From: Nanobdellota archaeon
GTDB lineage: Archaea; Nanobdellota; Nanobdellia; SCGC-AAA011-G17; PNOQ01
Assembly (NCBI GenBank): GCA_018829185.1
Contig: JAHJUI010000005.1
Coordinates: forward strand, 682 to 64,681
Direction of reading: 5' to 3'
DNA length: 64,000 nucleotides
Positions within the stretch are counted from its first letter, which is position 1. The number at the start of each line of letters is the position of its first letter. A model generated the notes under the pieces. The model was given only the letters and a program-made list of their open reading frames with translations, did not search any database and was not told the DNA's origin. Below, piece by piece: positions 1 through 7,875 of this stretch. Both the position numbers and the translations under genes were made by a program.

Positions 1-1
1 A

Positions 2-202
2 AAAGTAGGTGCATTATATGATGTAGCAAAACAAACAATAAAAGTAAGAAAAATGGATTTAAGGACAAGAAAAGCTTTATTAAATTCAAAAATAAAAGAT
101 AAATATATTGTTTATCCAATGAAAAGCAAAGATTTTACAGAAATAGAAAAATTATGGAAAGTTTACATTCCTTTTGGCAAAGCAGATTTAAGGAGGTATA
201 AA
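2..202 (+). CDS. 3' end of an upstream ORF (partial at window edge); its stop overlaps the start of the next gene (ATGgTAA)
   Basis: Open frame from the window edge ending ...LRRYKEW*. Its TAA overlaps the ATG of the 205..879 gene, which suggests translational coupling and a two-gene module. Confidence 0.3.
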
Positions 203-204
203 GA

Positions 205-879
205 ATGGTAAATTTAAAAGAGCAGGAAAGTATTTTTAAACTAATCGGAGAAAGTTTAAAAGAAAAAACAGAAGCTTTTGTTATTGGTGGTTCTGCAATG
301 ATGTATCATGGTGCTAAAAATGTAACTAAAGATATTGATCTGGTTTTTTCAAATAAAAAAGATAAAGAAAAAGTAGAGAAAGTTCTTAAAGATTTAAAAT
401 TTACACCAAAAAGTACAAAACTCGTATACATCAAGAAAAAAAATGTACCTTTGTTATTACAAAGAGATAATATTAAAATTGATTTATTTTGTAAAAGAAT
501 TATTTGTTTTGAACTATCACAAAAAATGATTGAAAGAGTTGCGGCAGTTTATGAATTTAATAATCTAATTTTAAAGATTATTTCTCCAGAAGACATTATA
601 GTACTAAAGTGTGCAACTGAAAGGCCAGGAGACAGATTAGATGCTGCTGAATTAATCAAAAACTTTGAGATTAATTGGGATATTATTGTTGATGAAGCAG
701 TAGCTCAAGGTAAGATTGGAAGAGGAATATTTTCTGTATTTCTATATGATTTTTTAATGGAACTTAAAGAAGATTTTAAAGTAGAAATCCCTAAACAAGT
801 TTTAAAGAATTTAATGGAGATTGGTGAAAAAGCTATTTTAAAAGCTAGGAAAGAAGGTATTTTAGTCAGAGAAGAATAA
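205..879 (+). CDS. Pol-beta superfamily nucleotidyltransferase-domain protein (AbiEii-like motif)
   Basis: N-terminal IGGSAMMYHGAKNVTKDIDLVF matches the GS-x(n)-DxD minimal NTase signature, closest to the AbiEii/DUF-type nucleotidyltransferase pattern GG[ST]A..Y...R.S.DIDL. RBS-like GGAGG sits upstream. Confidence 0.5.
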   Translation: MVNLKEQESIFKLIGESLKEKTEAFVIGGSAMMYHGAKNVTKDIDLVFSNKKDKEKVEKVLKDLKFTPKSTKLVYIKKKNVPLLLQRDNIKIDLFCKRIICFELSQKMIERVAAVYEFNNLILKIISPEDIIVLKCATERPGDRLDAAELIKNFEINWDIIVDEAVAQGKIGRGIFSVFLYDFLMELKEDFKVEIPKQVLKNLMEIGEKAILKARKEGILVREE

Positions 880-890
880 AACTTCCTTGC

Positions 891-915
891 CCTGCGCGGG
901 CTTGAGCGCTCTACC
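891..915 (+). terminator. GC-rich hairpins after the 205..879 gene (GCCCTGCGCGGGC, then palindrome GAGCGCTC)
   Basis: Two short perfect palindromes in an otherwise AT-rich intergenic stretch. Related to the TTGAGCGCAGCTCTAAA motif recurring at 2058, 2899 and 3573. Confidence 0.3.
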
Positions 916-1098
916 ATTAACATAATTAACATTACCTTAATAAGAAATAACAATTACAAAAGTAATTATCTATCCAAGAAAAACTGAAACACCTAATAAC
1001 ATAAGCATCATCCCTAAATATGTAGGTTTCCTACTTATTTTAAAAGCAATTTTCTTGGTTTTTCATAAGGTTTTTTTCTTAAGTGTAGTTGCTAATGG

Positions 1099-2016
1099 CT
1101 AAACCCTTTCTATCTTTCTTTGCCTATAAACTAAATGTTGGGAATGGATAGGATGACTCAACATATCAATGCCTTCAAGATTTAACTTTTTATCTAATTC
1201 CCAACCAAAACCTTGTTCATTCTCACATAAAGAAAGTGCTCTAACCATTGTTCTCCTAACCTGAGCAGGTAACCCTTCCATGTACAAATAAGAATAAGGA
1301 GTAAATACTCCAGAAACATCTTCATTACTACCCCATTTAGCCAAATAAGTTTCAGGAAGTGCTAAAGGAATTAAAGAATTTGCAGGAGCATATCTTGGAT
1401 CATCTGTGTTAAAGAAAGCACTCCTAACGCCGGTTGTAGTAATACCAACATCATTTTCAGCACCATCTAATTCACTGACAATTAAATCTAAATCACCATG
1501 ATCTATCCTAAGGTCTTGAACAGGTGTTTTATCCCAAGGCCCCCTTATCGAAATTTTCTTTCTTTCTTCTAAAGGAATATCCATCTCCGAATAACCAATC
1601 CACAAAGACGCTTCAGCTCTTTCATAATCCCCATCTATTTCAGGATTATCTATACCAAAATCAGTACCAAAAAACTGTCCCACCCAATGTTGTATAGGTT
1701 CACAATCTGTATTCCATGGTTTGTATAAAATAGCACTATTCCAAACAATAGAAGATCCATCTGGCCTCTCAGTAAAACATAAACATCTATTTGGAAAAGA
1801 AAAAGTAGCATCAGGGTGGTGCATAACTCCCCGTCTATAAATTCCAGCTAAATGGTGTACAAACTCGCCCATTTCCCCGCTTTCAGGAACCGGAAGACAG
1901 TCTTCGCCATATTCCATAACAGATTTACCTTTAATATTAAAACCATAATAATCTTCAACAGCATTAGCTATTTTTGTTCTATCTCCCCAAATAAGTTCAA
2001 TATGTTGTTCTACCAT
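1099..2016 (-). CDS. hypothetical protein (GC-elevated relative to neighbours)
   Basis: 305-aa intact ORF with clearly higher GC and different codon usage than flanking genes. No family recognised by eye. Confidence 0.5.
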   Translation of the reverse strand: MVEQHIELIWGDRTKIANAVEDYYGFNIKGKSVMEYGEDCLPVPESGEMGEFVHHLAGIYRRGVMHHPDATFSFPNRCLCFTERPDGSSIVWNSAILYKPWNTDCEPIQHWVGQFFGTDFGIDNPEIDGDYERAEASLWIGYSEMDIPLEERKKISIRGPWDKTPVQDLRIDHGDLDLIVSELDGAENDVGITTTGVRSAFFNTDDPRYAPANSLIPLALPETYLAKWGSNEDVSGVFTPYSYLYMEGLPAQVRRTMVRALSLCENEQGFGWELDKKLNLEGIDMLSHPIHSQHLVYRQRKIERV

Positions 2017-2057
2017 TGTAAAAATTGAGAATCTAGTAAATCTTTTAAAGCTTTTGG

Positions 2058-2074
2058 TTGAGCGCAGCTCTAAA
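2058..2074. repeat. intergenic hairpin motif TTGAGCGCAGCTCTAAA (copy 1)
   Basis: GAGC-GCA-GCTC stem-loop followed by TAAA. Lies between divergent genes 1099..2016(-) and 2119..2898(+). Confidence 0.4.
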
Positions 2075-2118
2075 TAGATTAATTTTATATATAAAGAAAA
2101 ATCATATAAATTCTAAAA

Positions 2119-2898
2119 ATGAACAAAATAATAACAATCCTAACCTTAATCTTAATAATACCTTTTGTAAAAGCAAACGATGTTGAAGTAATAGTTGCAG
2201 ATTATCATGATTTAGGAGAAAATATTGACATTTATGTAAAAAATAATTTAGATGAACCAATTTATTATTTTGATGGCTGTTTTAAAGGCTTTGAAATATA
2301 TGGACCATTAGAAGAAGGCTCTTCAACTGGTGCTCAAATAAACAGGCCCTGGGAAGAAGAATGTGATGCTTTTATGAACACAGCTAGAATTCAATTTGAA
2401 GAAGGACTTAACGAACCTGCATATAGAAGATTATTAAGAAATCCATTTTTTATGTTTTTTCTTAGATTTAAAAGTCCTTTTAAGGAAAGTACATTACAAC
2501 CTGGAGAAACTAAGTTAATTCATGTTTGGGACCAAAAAGCTTATGTTAGAATGGGTGATAAAAAATTAGATGAAAGAGATACAGTTATTGGCAACAATTA
2601 CTTTGTTAAGTTTAATTATGCAAGAAATGTTAAACATTATGGTTTTTCAGGAGTGTTTTCAAATATATTGATGAATCTTTTCTTAAGAGATGAAGGAATG
2701 ATTTTAGATACTGCAAGAAGTGATTTTCTAAGAATAGGTACTGATGAGCCTTATGAACCTATAGAATTAACTCTTGTTAAACTTGAATATGAGGAAGAAG
2801 TAGATTTAGAAGAAGCACAACGTAGGTTACAAGAAATGATGGAATCTGGCACTGTAATACGGTTGCCTGGCGAGGTTGAACTTGTTAAAGTAGATTAA
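2119..2898 (+). CDS. secreted hypothetical protein
   Basis: N-terminal signal peptide (MNKIITILTLILIIPFVKA). 259 aa. Confidence 0.55.
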   Translation: MNKIITILTLILIIPFVKANDVEVIVADYHDLGENIDIYVKNNLDEPIYYFDGCFKGFEIYGPLEEGSSTGAQINRPWEEECDAFMNTARIQFEEGLNEPAYRRLLRNPFFMFFLRFKSPFKESTLQPGETKLIHVWDQKAYVRMGDKKLDERDTVIGNNYFVKFNYARNVKHYGFSGVFSNILMNLFLRDEGMILDTARSDFLRIGTDEPYEPIELTLVKLEYEEEVDLEEAQRRLQEMMESGTVIRLPGEVELVKVD

Positions 2899-2916
2899 TT
2901 GTGTGCAGCTCTAAAA
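2899..2916. repeat. intergenic motif TTGTGTGCAGCTCTAAAA (copy 2, degenerate)
   Basis: Shares the GCAGCTCTAAA core with copies at 2058 and 3573. Sits immediately after the stop of 2119..2898. Confidence 0.35.
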
Positions 2917-2952
2917 CAATAAATTAATAAACAAAAACAAAAAATTAATTCT

Positions 2953-3576
2953 ATGATAAAACTAATTATTTTCGATGTATGGTGGACCTTAGCTTATAGA
3001 GATGTAAGCTTTGGGGCAGCAACCAAAATGCTAAAAGAAACCAAAGCTCCAGTAGCTTACAAAGATTTTAAAAAAATTTTTGAAAATTCTATCCAAAAGA
3101 AAGTCTGGCCTTCTAAATATGCTGCTTATGAAATCTTATGTAAAAACATGAAAGTAAAACCAACAAAAGAGAATGTAAATCTCCTAATGAAAATAAGAGA
3201 TACAGCAGAAGCTACAACTAAATTATATGATTTTGTAATTCCTTTGATAAAAACTTTAAGAAAAAAATACAAAATAGGAATAATTTCAAATAGCAGCACA
3301 TTTGCCATAGATCAAGTAAAGAAAAACACAGATTTGTTAAAATACATTGATTATCCTTTATTTTCTTATAATGTGGGGGTAACAAAACCAAACCCGAAAT
3401 TCTTCAAAGAAATGCTAAAACTAGCCAAATGCAAACCAGAAGAAGCAATCATGATTGGAGATGACTTAGAAGATGACATTTTAGCATCAAGAAAACTTGG
3501 GATTAATGCAATTCATTTCAAAAAAGACTATAATAAGTTAAAAAAAGATTTAACTTCTTTTGGGGTTTTTGTTTGA
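2953..3576 (+). CDS. HAD-superfamily hydrolase-like protein
   Basis: IIFDVWWTL (motif I region), ISNSS (motif II), KPNPKFF (motif III Lys), MIGDDLEDDI (motif IV). The second Asp of DxD is replaced by Trp, so possibly a variant or inactive HAD. Confidence 0.55.
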   Translation: MIKLIIFDVWWTLAYRDVSFGAATKMLKETKAPVAYKDFKKIFENSIQKKVWPSKYAAYEILCKNMKVKPTKENVNLLMKIRDTAEATTKLYDFVIPLIKTLRKKYKIGIISNSSTFAIDQVKKNTDLLKYIDYPLFSYNVGVTKPNPKFFKEMLKLAKCKPEEAIMIGDDLEDDILASRKLGINAIHFKKDYNKLKKDLTSFGVFV

Positions 3577-3589
3577 GCGCAGCTCTAAA
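3573..3589. repeat. intergenic hairpin motif TTGAGCGCAGCTCTAAA (copy 3), overlapping the stop codon of the HAD gene
   Basis: Exact match to copy 1 over 17 nt. Confidence 0.4.
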
Positions 3590-3637
3590 CTATAGTTTTT
3601 TAGTTAAATTTATATAATTCTAAATTAAAATTAGAGT

Positions 3638-4138
3638 ATGCTTTCTAATAAGGAAAAAGACAGTAAAAGGGTTATAAGGGAAAAAGCTTCTTATAGATTA
3701 GCTATGAATATAAGATTAATCGCTGTTAGTTTTATTGTATTTATTTTTATTTTAACTACAAGGCCAGAAATACTTACTGAAAAACTTATTTTTTCTTTCC
3801 AATTAATACTTGCTATTCCTTTTATTTTAATGTCGTGTATGTCTTTATCTAAAATGGGTTATTCAAAAAGAAGTGATAAATGGAAAGGTTTTTCTTGGTT
3901 TAATTTTGTTATTGGTTATGCTTTTTTATTAAATGCAATTGGTATTTTAATTGCTATTTATGTTAATTTATTGTTAGCTGTTTTATTCTTCTCAGCTATT
4001 TGGATTTTACAAATTGCGTATTCTATTTTAGAAGTTTCTTATGATAAATTTGCTAAATGGGAAAGTGTTCTTAAAGATGGATTTTTTATTTTGTTACAAA
4101 TAATATTAGGTTTATTACCAGCTTTAGGTGTTTTTTAG
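3638..4138 (+). CDS. integral membrane protein (4-5 TM helices)
   Basis: Hydrophobic segments throughout. No recognised family. Confidence 0.5.
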   Translation: MLSNKEKDSKRVIREKASYRLAMNIRLIAVSFIVFIFILTTRPEILTEKLIFSFQLILAIPFILMSCMSLSKMGYSKRSDKWKGFSWFNFVIGYAFLLNAIGILIAIYVNLLLAVLFFSAIWILQIAYSILEVSYDKFAKWESVLKDGFFILLQIILGLLPALGVF

Positions 4139-4143
4139 TAAAT

Positions 4144-5028
4144 TCAAAGTCTGATCCCAATTGTATATTTTGCTATGTTTTTTATTCTTTCAGAAATAGC
4201 TCTTAAATGATATGTTAATAATGGATTATTTTCTGTTGCAAAACTTTGCCATATATCTCTTTTACTTAAATCAATAAACCAATCAATATCGAATTTATAG
4301 AAATTGTTATATGTTTCTTCAAGGAGTTTGCATAGTTTTTTTTGTGACTGGATTAATTCTTTTGGTATTTTGTTTACCTTTTCTAATCCTTGTTTTTCTA
4401 ATGCTCTTAAAAGATATTCATATTGATCTGCTATTTCTTCTAATTGGATTGCTATAAAATAATAATATTTGTATTCTAAAGGCAATGAACTAGTATTAAT
4501 CATTCTTTTAATTGTTTGAGTCCCTGAAATAATTAAAAGGTGTTTTGCTCTTATTTCATCTATTAATTCTTTTTTTCCATTTAAAAATTCTGAATATGTT
4601 TCTGATAAACTTTTTGTGATTAAGAAGATTCTTCTGAAATAATTTTGGAAATCATCTCTTTCAATATTTATTGTTTTGATTATGCATTTATTTTTGTTAA
4701 TTGTTTCTAAACGCCATTCTTCCATTGCTTTTACAGACCAAAGTAACCAAGTTAAAGTATCTGGAGTATCATAGTTTATTCTTATTGTTTTAAATCCTGC
4801 ATCATATAATAATTGTAGAATTCTGTAGATTCCAATTCTATTCGCTTGTTTTATTGTAATTGAGATTGATTTATCTTTTGGTAATGGATTTGGAGAGATT
4901 AAGAGATATTGTTCTACTTCTTCAAAATTAATTGAGTCTCCTTTTTGTAAATTATGGTGTTTTATCCATTTTTTGGGTATTGCTGCCATTAAGCAGTGTT
5001 TTCCCATTTGTACTAGTTTTCTTTCCAT
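4144..5028 (-). CDS. putative transcriptional regulator with an AbrB/SpoVT-like N-terminus and a PhoU-like helical domain
   Basis: N-terminal MGKHCLMAAIPKKWIKHHNLQKGDSINFEEV resembles the swapped-hairpin AbrB/MazE DNA-binding domain. The remainder is helical and resembles archaeal AbrB-PhoU phosphate-uptake-regulator-like proteins. Divergent from the NTase operon. Confidence 0.4.
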   Translation of the reverse strand: MERKLVQMGKHCLMAAIPKKWIKHHNLQKGDSINFEEVEQYLLISPNPLPKDKSISITIKQANRIGIYRILQLLYDAGFKTIRINYDTPDTLTWLLWSVKAMEEWRLETINKNKCIIKTINIERDDFQNYFRRIFLITKSLSETYSEFLNGKKELIDEIRAKHLLIISGTQTIKRMINTSSLPLEYKYYYFIAIQLEEIADQYEYLLRALEKQGLEKVNKIPKELIQSQKKLCKLLEETYNNFYKFDIDWFIDLSKRDIWQSFATENNPLLTYHLRAISERIKNIAKYTIGIRL

Positions 5029-5067
5029 AAGTTCGGGAAAAGGGGTTTCTTTTTAAATCTTTCTAAA

Positions 5068-5096
5068 AACTTAAGCTTTTTTGAGAAACTTAAGCT
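5068..5096. promoter_or_regulatory. direct repeat of overlapping palindromes AACTTAAGCT(T) x2 in the divergent promoter region
   Basis: AACTTAAGCT at 5068..5077 and 5087..5096. Each contains CTTAAG and AAGCTT palindromes. Located between the AbrB-like regulator (start 5028) and the 5139 operon, so it is an operator candidate. Confidence 0.35.
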
Positions 5097-5138
5097 GAAT
5101 TTTAAAATAATCTAATTGTTTCTTAATTTTGATAAAAA

Positions 5139-5606
5139 ATGGATTTTGAAGAAATGGAAGACTTAATATTAAATGAAGCGGAAAAATGTACTTGGACTCG
5201 CTATCCAGATATAAATTGTTTTGATGACTTTCCAGATCATTATTATCGTGGTATTTTAGGTAACTTTGAGGCTATGTTACGGTTAGGACGTCTGTGCATT
5301 TATGAATGGATTCAAAGACCTTGTAAACGAACCCCTCCCCGTAGAGGCCGGGAAATATGTTGGACTGATTTAGTGAGTATAGACCATGACCGGACGAGAA
5401 GATTGTTCAGAAAACTATCAACAGAATTGGATTTGTTTAGAGAGCCAGAAAAACCAATAGACCTATCAAAAATAACTCGATTTTACCCTAGAACTAAAGA
5501 GGAAAAAGAAAGATATTACAAGGAGGAGAGAGGATATTACCTAGGGAGTATAGTTGTATCTATTACAAACAATCCTATGCTAGATTCTATACGGTCCCAT
5601 ACCTAA
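5139..5606 (+). CDS. hypothetical protein, first gene of the NTase/HD cassette (GC-elevated)
   Basis: 155 aa. The stop overlaps the start of the next gene (TAATG). Arg/Pro-rich. No recognised domain. Confidence 0.45.
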   Translation: MDFEEMEDLILNEAEKCTWTRYPDINCFDDFPDHYYRGILGNFEAMLRLGRLCIYEWIQRPCKRTPPRRGREICWTDLVSIDHDRTRRLFRKLSTELDLFREPEKPIDLSKITRFYPRTKEEKERYYKEERGYYLGSIVVSITNNPMLDSIRSHT

Positions 5607-6373
5607 TGACAAACGTAATTTATGAAACAGAAAGAAGATTAAAAGTTATTGATTCTGTAACAAATGATATAAATTCTGTGGTTAGGGCAATTTGTATTGG
5701 TGGCTCTATGGGTTTTGGCCAATATTACTCTATTAGAGAAAGTTCTGATATTGATATGGTTGTTGTGGTTGATCAAGACAAAGTTGATGATTTAGTTACT
5801 TTGCCTTATTTTCAAGGAGAAGTTCCTGATAATGTTGTTGAATTATTTAAACAAGGAAAAATAAATTTATTTTGGGTAACAAAAGAAGTTGATGATATTG
5901 AAGTAGGTGCTTTTGTTTATGAAACAGGGGGTTATTTGAATTTTTGTACATTGCAAGGCGGTATAACAGGTTATATTGATCATAAGCCAGAATTAACTCA
6001 GGATGCTTGGGGTTTTGATGGAGTCCATATTGTAATTGATAGAAATGTAATTCCTTGTGGGGATAATTATTCATATAGTAAACCTGCCTTAGTAAATGGT
6101 AAATTTTGGGGTGGTGTTCCTAGGGCTGATTTCTTTTATTTAGGACATTTTGCTTATGAAGAAGGTAATTTTCTTACAAATCTAGAAAAAGTTGTTTGGG
6201 AAATTACTATAAAACAATTGGTTAATGAACATGGCTTTAATGTTGATTTATCTAGATTTAATGTTTTAAATTCGGTTCACCCTTACAATACAAGTCCAGA
6301 GAAACTTCCTCCAAAAACTATCACGAATATACAAGAAGGAACAATAGAAGAATTAGCTAAAATCAACCAATAA
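5606..6373 (+). CDS. Pol-beta superfamily nucleotidyltransferase
   Basis: GGSMGFGQYYSIRESSDIDMVVVV gives a GS...DxD catalytic signature (AbiEii/ANT-like). Translationally coupled to the upstream ORF. Confidence 0.55.
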   Translation: MTNVIYETERRLKVIDSVTNDINSVVRAICIGGSMGFGQYYSIRESSDIDMVVVVDQDKVDDLVTLPYFQGEVPDNVVELFKQGKINLFWVTKEVDDIEVGAFVYETGGYLNFCTLQGGITGYIDHKPELTQDAWGFDGVHIVIDRNVIPCGDNYSYSKPALVNGKFWGGVPRADFFYLGHFAYEEGNFLTNLEKVVWEITIKQLVNEHGFNVDLSRFNVLNSVHPYNTSPEKLPPKTITNIQEGTIEELAKINQ

Positions 6374-6392
6374 ACTTTAAATATCCTATTTA

Positions 6393-7037
6393 TTGACTAA
6401 TACTATGATAAGTAATAAAGTTAATCCAAAGTACAACTGGGATCTATTAATGAATGAATTATCCAAATCTTCTGATGATAAAACTGGGCATTGCAAAGAC
6501 CATTCTTTAAGGGTTTTGAAAATTGCTTTAGACATTGCAGATTCTATTGAAAAAGTGGATTATAATGTATTGGTGGTAGCTTGCATTTTACATGATATTT
6601 CTTTTTCAACACATGGCCCAAAAGGTCATGCTATTAAAAGTGCTGAACTAGCAGAGCCAATTTTAGTTAAAGCGGGTTTTTCCAAAGAAGAAATTGAAAA
6701 AATCAAACAAGCAATAACAAGGCACGACAGAAACTTTTCAACCAAAAAAGAAGACCATGAACATTATTTAATAGAAGAGCAAATATTATGTGATGCTGAC
6801 AGGATAGATGGGTTGGGAGCGATTGGGATCATTAGGGGGATTTCATTTGGCATAAATCATGGAAGACCTTATTTTGTCTCTAAGGAAGATGAATTAAACG
6901 ATAGCATCTATGGTAGTATGAAAACTTATACCAAAACAGCTAAAATTATGTTCACAAAAAAGGGTAAAGAACTAGCAAAAGAAAGATGTAAAATTATGAA
7001 TGAGTTTTTAGTACAACTTGAAAAAGAGTTTCAGTAA
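6393..7037 (+). CDS. HD-domain metal-dependent phosphohydrolase
   Basis: H..H(D) ... ILHDISF ... TRHD ... [13 protein letters not shown] motifs, typical of the HD superfamily. Confidence 0.7.
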   Translation: MTNTMISNKVNPKYNWDLLMNELSKSSDDKTGHCKDHSLRVLKIALDIADSIEKVDYNVLVVACILHDISFSTHGPKGHAIKSAELAEPILVKAGFSKEEIEKIKQAITRHDRNFSTKKEDHEHYLIEEQILCDADRIDGLGAIGIIRGISFGINHGRPYFVSKEDELNDSIYGSMKTYTKTAKIMFTKKGKELAKERCKIMNEFLVQLEKEFQ

Positions 7038-7069
7038 CATTTATAAAGTGCTATTTTTCTCAAACTATC

Positions 7070-7378
7070 ATGCAAAAAGCAAGAATCAATTTAGCAAGTG
7101 CAGATATTGGTAAGATGAATCAAATATGTGATTCTATTAAAGCAATCTCCGATAAGACTGGTGTTCAAATGAAAGGTCCTATTCCGTTACCAACTAAAAA
7201 ATTAAAGTTAACTACTAGAAAAAGCCCAGATGGTGAAGGAAAAGCTAGTTGGGAAAGATATGAAATGCGAATACATAAGAGATTAATTGATTTAGGTGTT
7301 GATGAAAGAGCTTTAAGACTGATTATGAGAGTACCTATTCCTGAAGGTGTTGACATTCAGATTGAGTTGTTAGACTAA
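7070..7378 (+). CDS. rps10: 30S ribosomal protein S10 (uS10), archaeal type
   Basis: [39 protein letters not shown] is the canonical uS10 core. 102 aa. Confidence 0.9.
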   Translation: MQKARINLASADIGKMNQICDSIKAISDKTGVQMKGPIPLPTKKLKLTTRKSPDGEGKASWERYEMRIHKRLIDLGVDERALRLIMRVPIPEGVDIQIELLD

Positions 7379-7500
7379 TGGCAAGAAAATCTATTTCTAA
7401 GGTTTTAAGTAAACATCTAGAAAACGAAGATTATACTGAATTCTTTGAAGTTGAAGATTTAGAAAAATTACATAAGTTGTATGAAGAGATTTTTAAGTAA
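7378..7500 (+). CDS. possible small ORF (40 aa) overlapping the rps10 stop (TAATG)
   Basis: [40 protein letters not shown]. Below the ORF-track length cutoff. Speculative. Confidence 0.2.
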   Translation: MARKSISKVLSKHLENEDYTEFFEVEDLEKLHKLYEEIFK

Positions 7501-7534
7501 AGTTTATAAATATTAATCAATTACCTTTTATTAT

Positions 7535-7873
7535 ATGATCGGTCCAATAAATGGGTGGTTAGAAAGATTAAATCCCCACGTATATCATCCAGAAGATTTA
7601 GTTGTACTATATAGAGAATATATAAAGGAGGATCCAATTAGTGGGCATTTTGTAAAAAAAAGAATAAAATTACATGGCAGAGTAACAAAAACTATTGAAG
7701 GTTGGCATCTTGAAAAGTCAGACTATGTTGTAATGGCAAGGTATTCAGAAAGACCAGATAATGTACAAATAGGTTCTGGAAATAGAAGCAAAACATATAG
7801 AAAAGCTAATTTCTTTGAAAGAATACATCCTAGCAAGTTTCCTCTGCCATTAGAAGAACGTACTGTTAACTAA
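7535..7873 (+). CDS. hypothetical protein
   Basis: 112-aa ORF, moderately GC-elevated. No recognised family. Confidence 0.4.
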   Translation: MIGPINGWLERLNPHVYHPEDLVVLYREYIKEDPISGHFVKKRIKLHGRVTKTIEGWHLEKSDYVVMARYSERPDNVQIGSGNRSKTYRKANFFERIHPSKFPLPLEERTVN

Positions 7874-7875
7874 AT

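Noticed and set aside
705-953. Antisense or nested ORFs from the six-frame track. Listed here is 705..953. Others are 3126..3308, 5847..6074, 7165..7356, 8798..9058, 9739..9996, 10236..10454, 13257..13531, 14071..14759, 15814..16011, 16397..16976, 18152..18367, 19919..20146, 20552..21224(+), 22323..22541, 23261..23554, 25588..25851, 26658..27071, 27734..28417(+), 29648..30332(+), 31626..31889, 32242..32430, 33989..34255, 35824..36447(+), 39366..39726(+), 40132..40626, 40273..40500, 41086..41268, 43105..43314, 43203..43526, 44904..45140, 46127..46542, 49909..50097, 52097..52300, 52863..53081, 54305..55210(+), 58774..59211(+), 59658..59855, 61550..61756, 61729..62308(+) and 62408..62620.
   Set aside because: Each lies wholly or largely inside a longer ORF on the opposite strand or in another frame that has clear family-level similarity. 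Their compositions are low-complexity (Leu/Phe/Ile/Lys-rich), as expected from translating AT-rich antisense strands.
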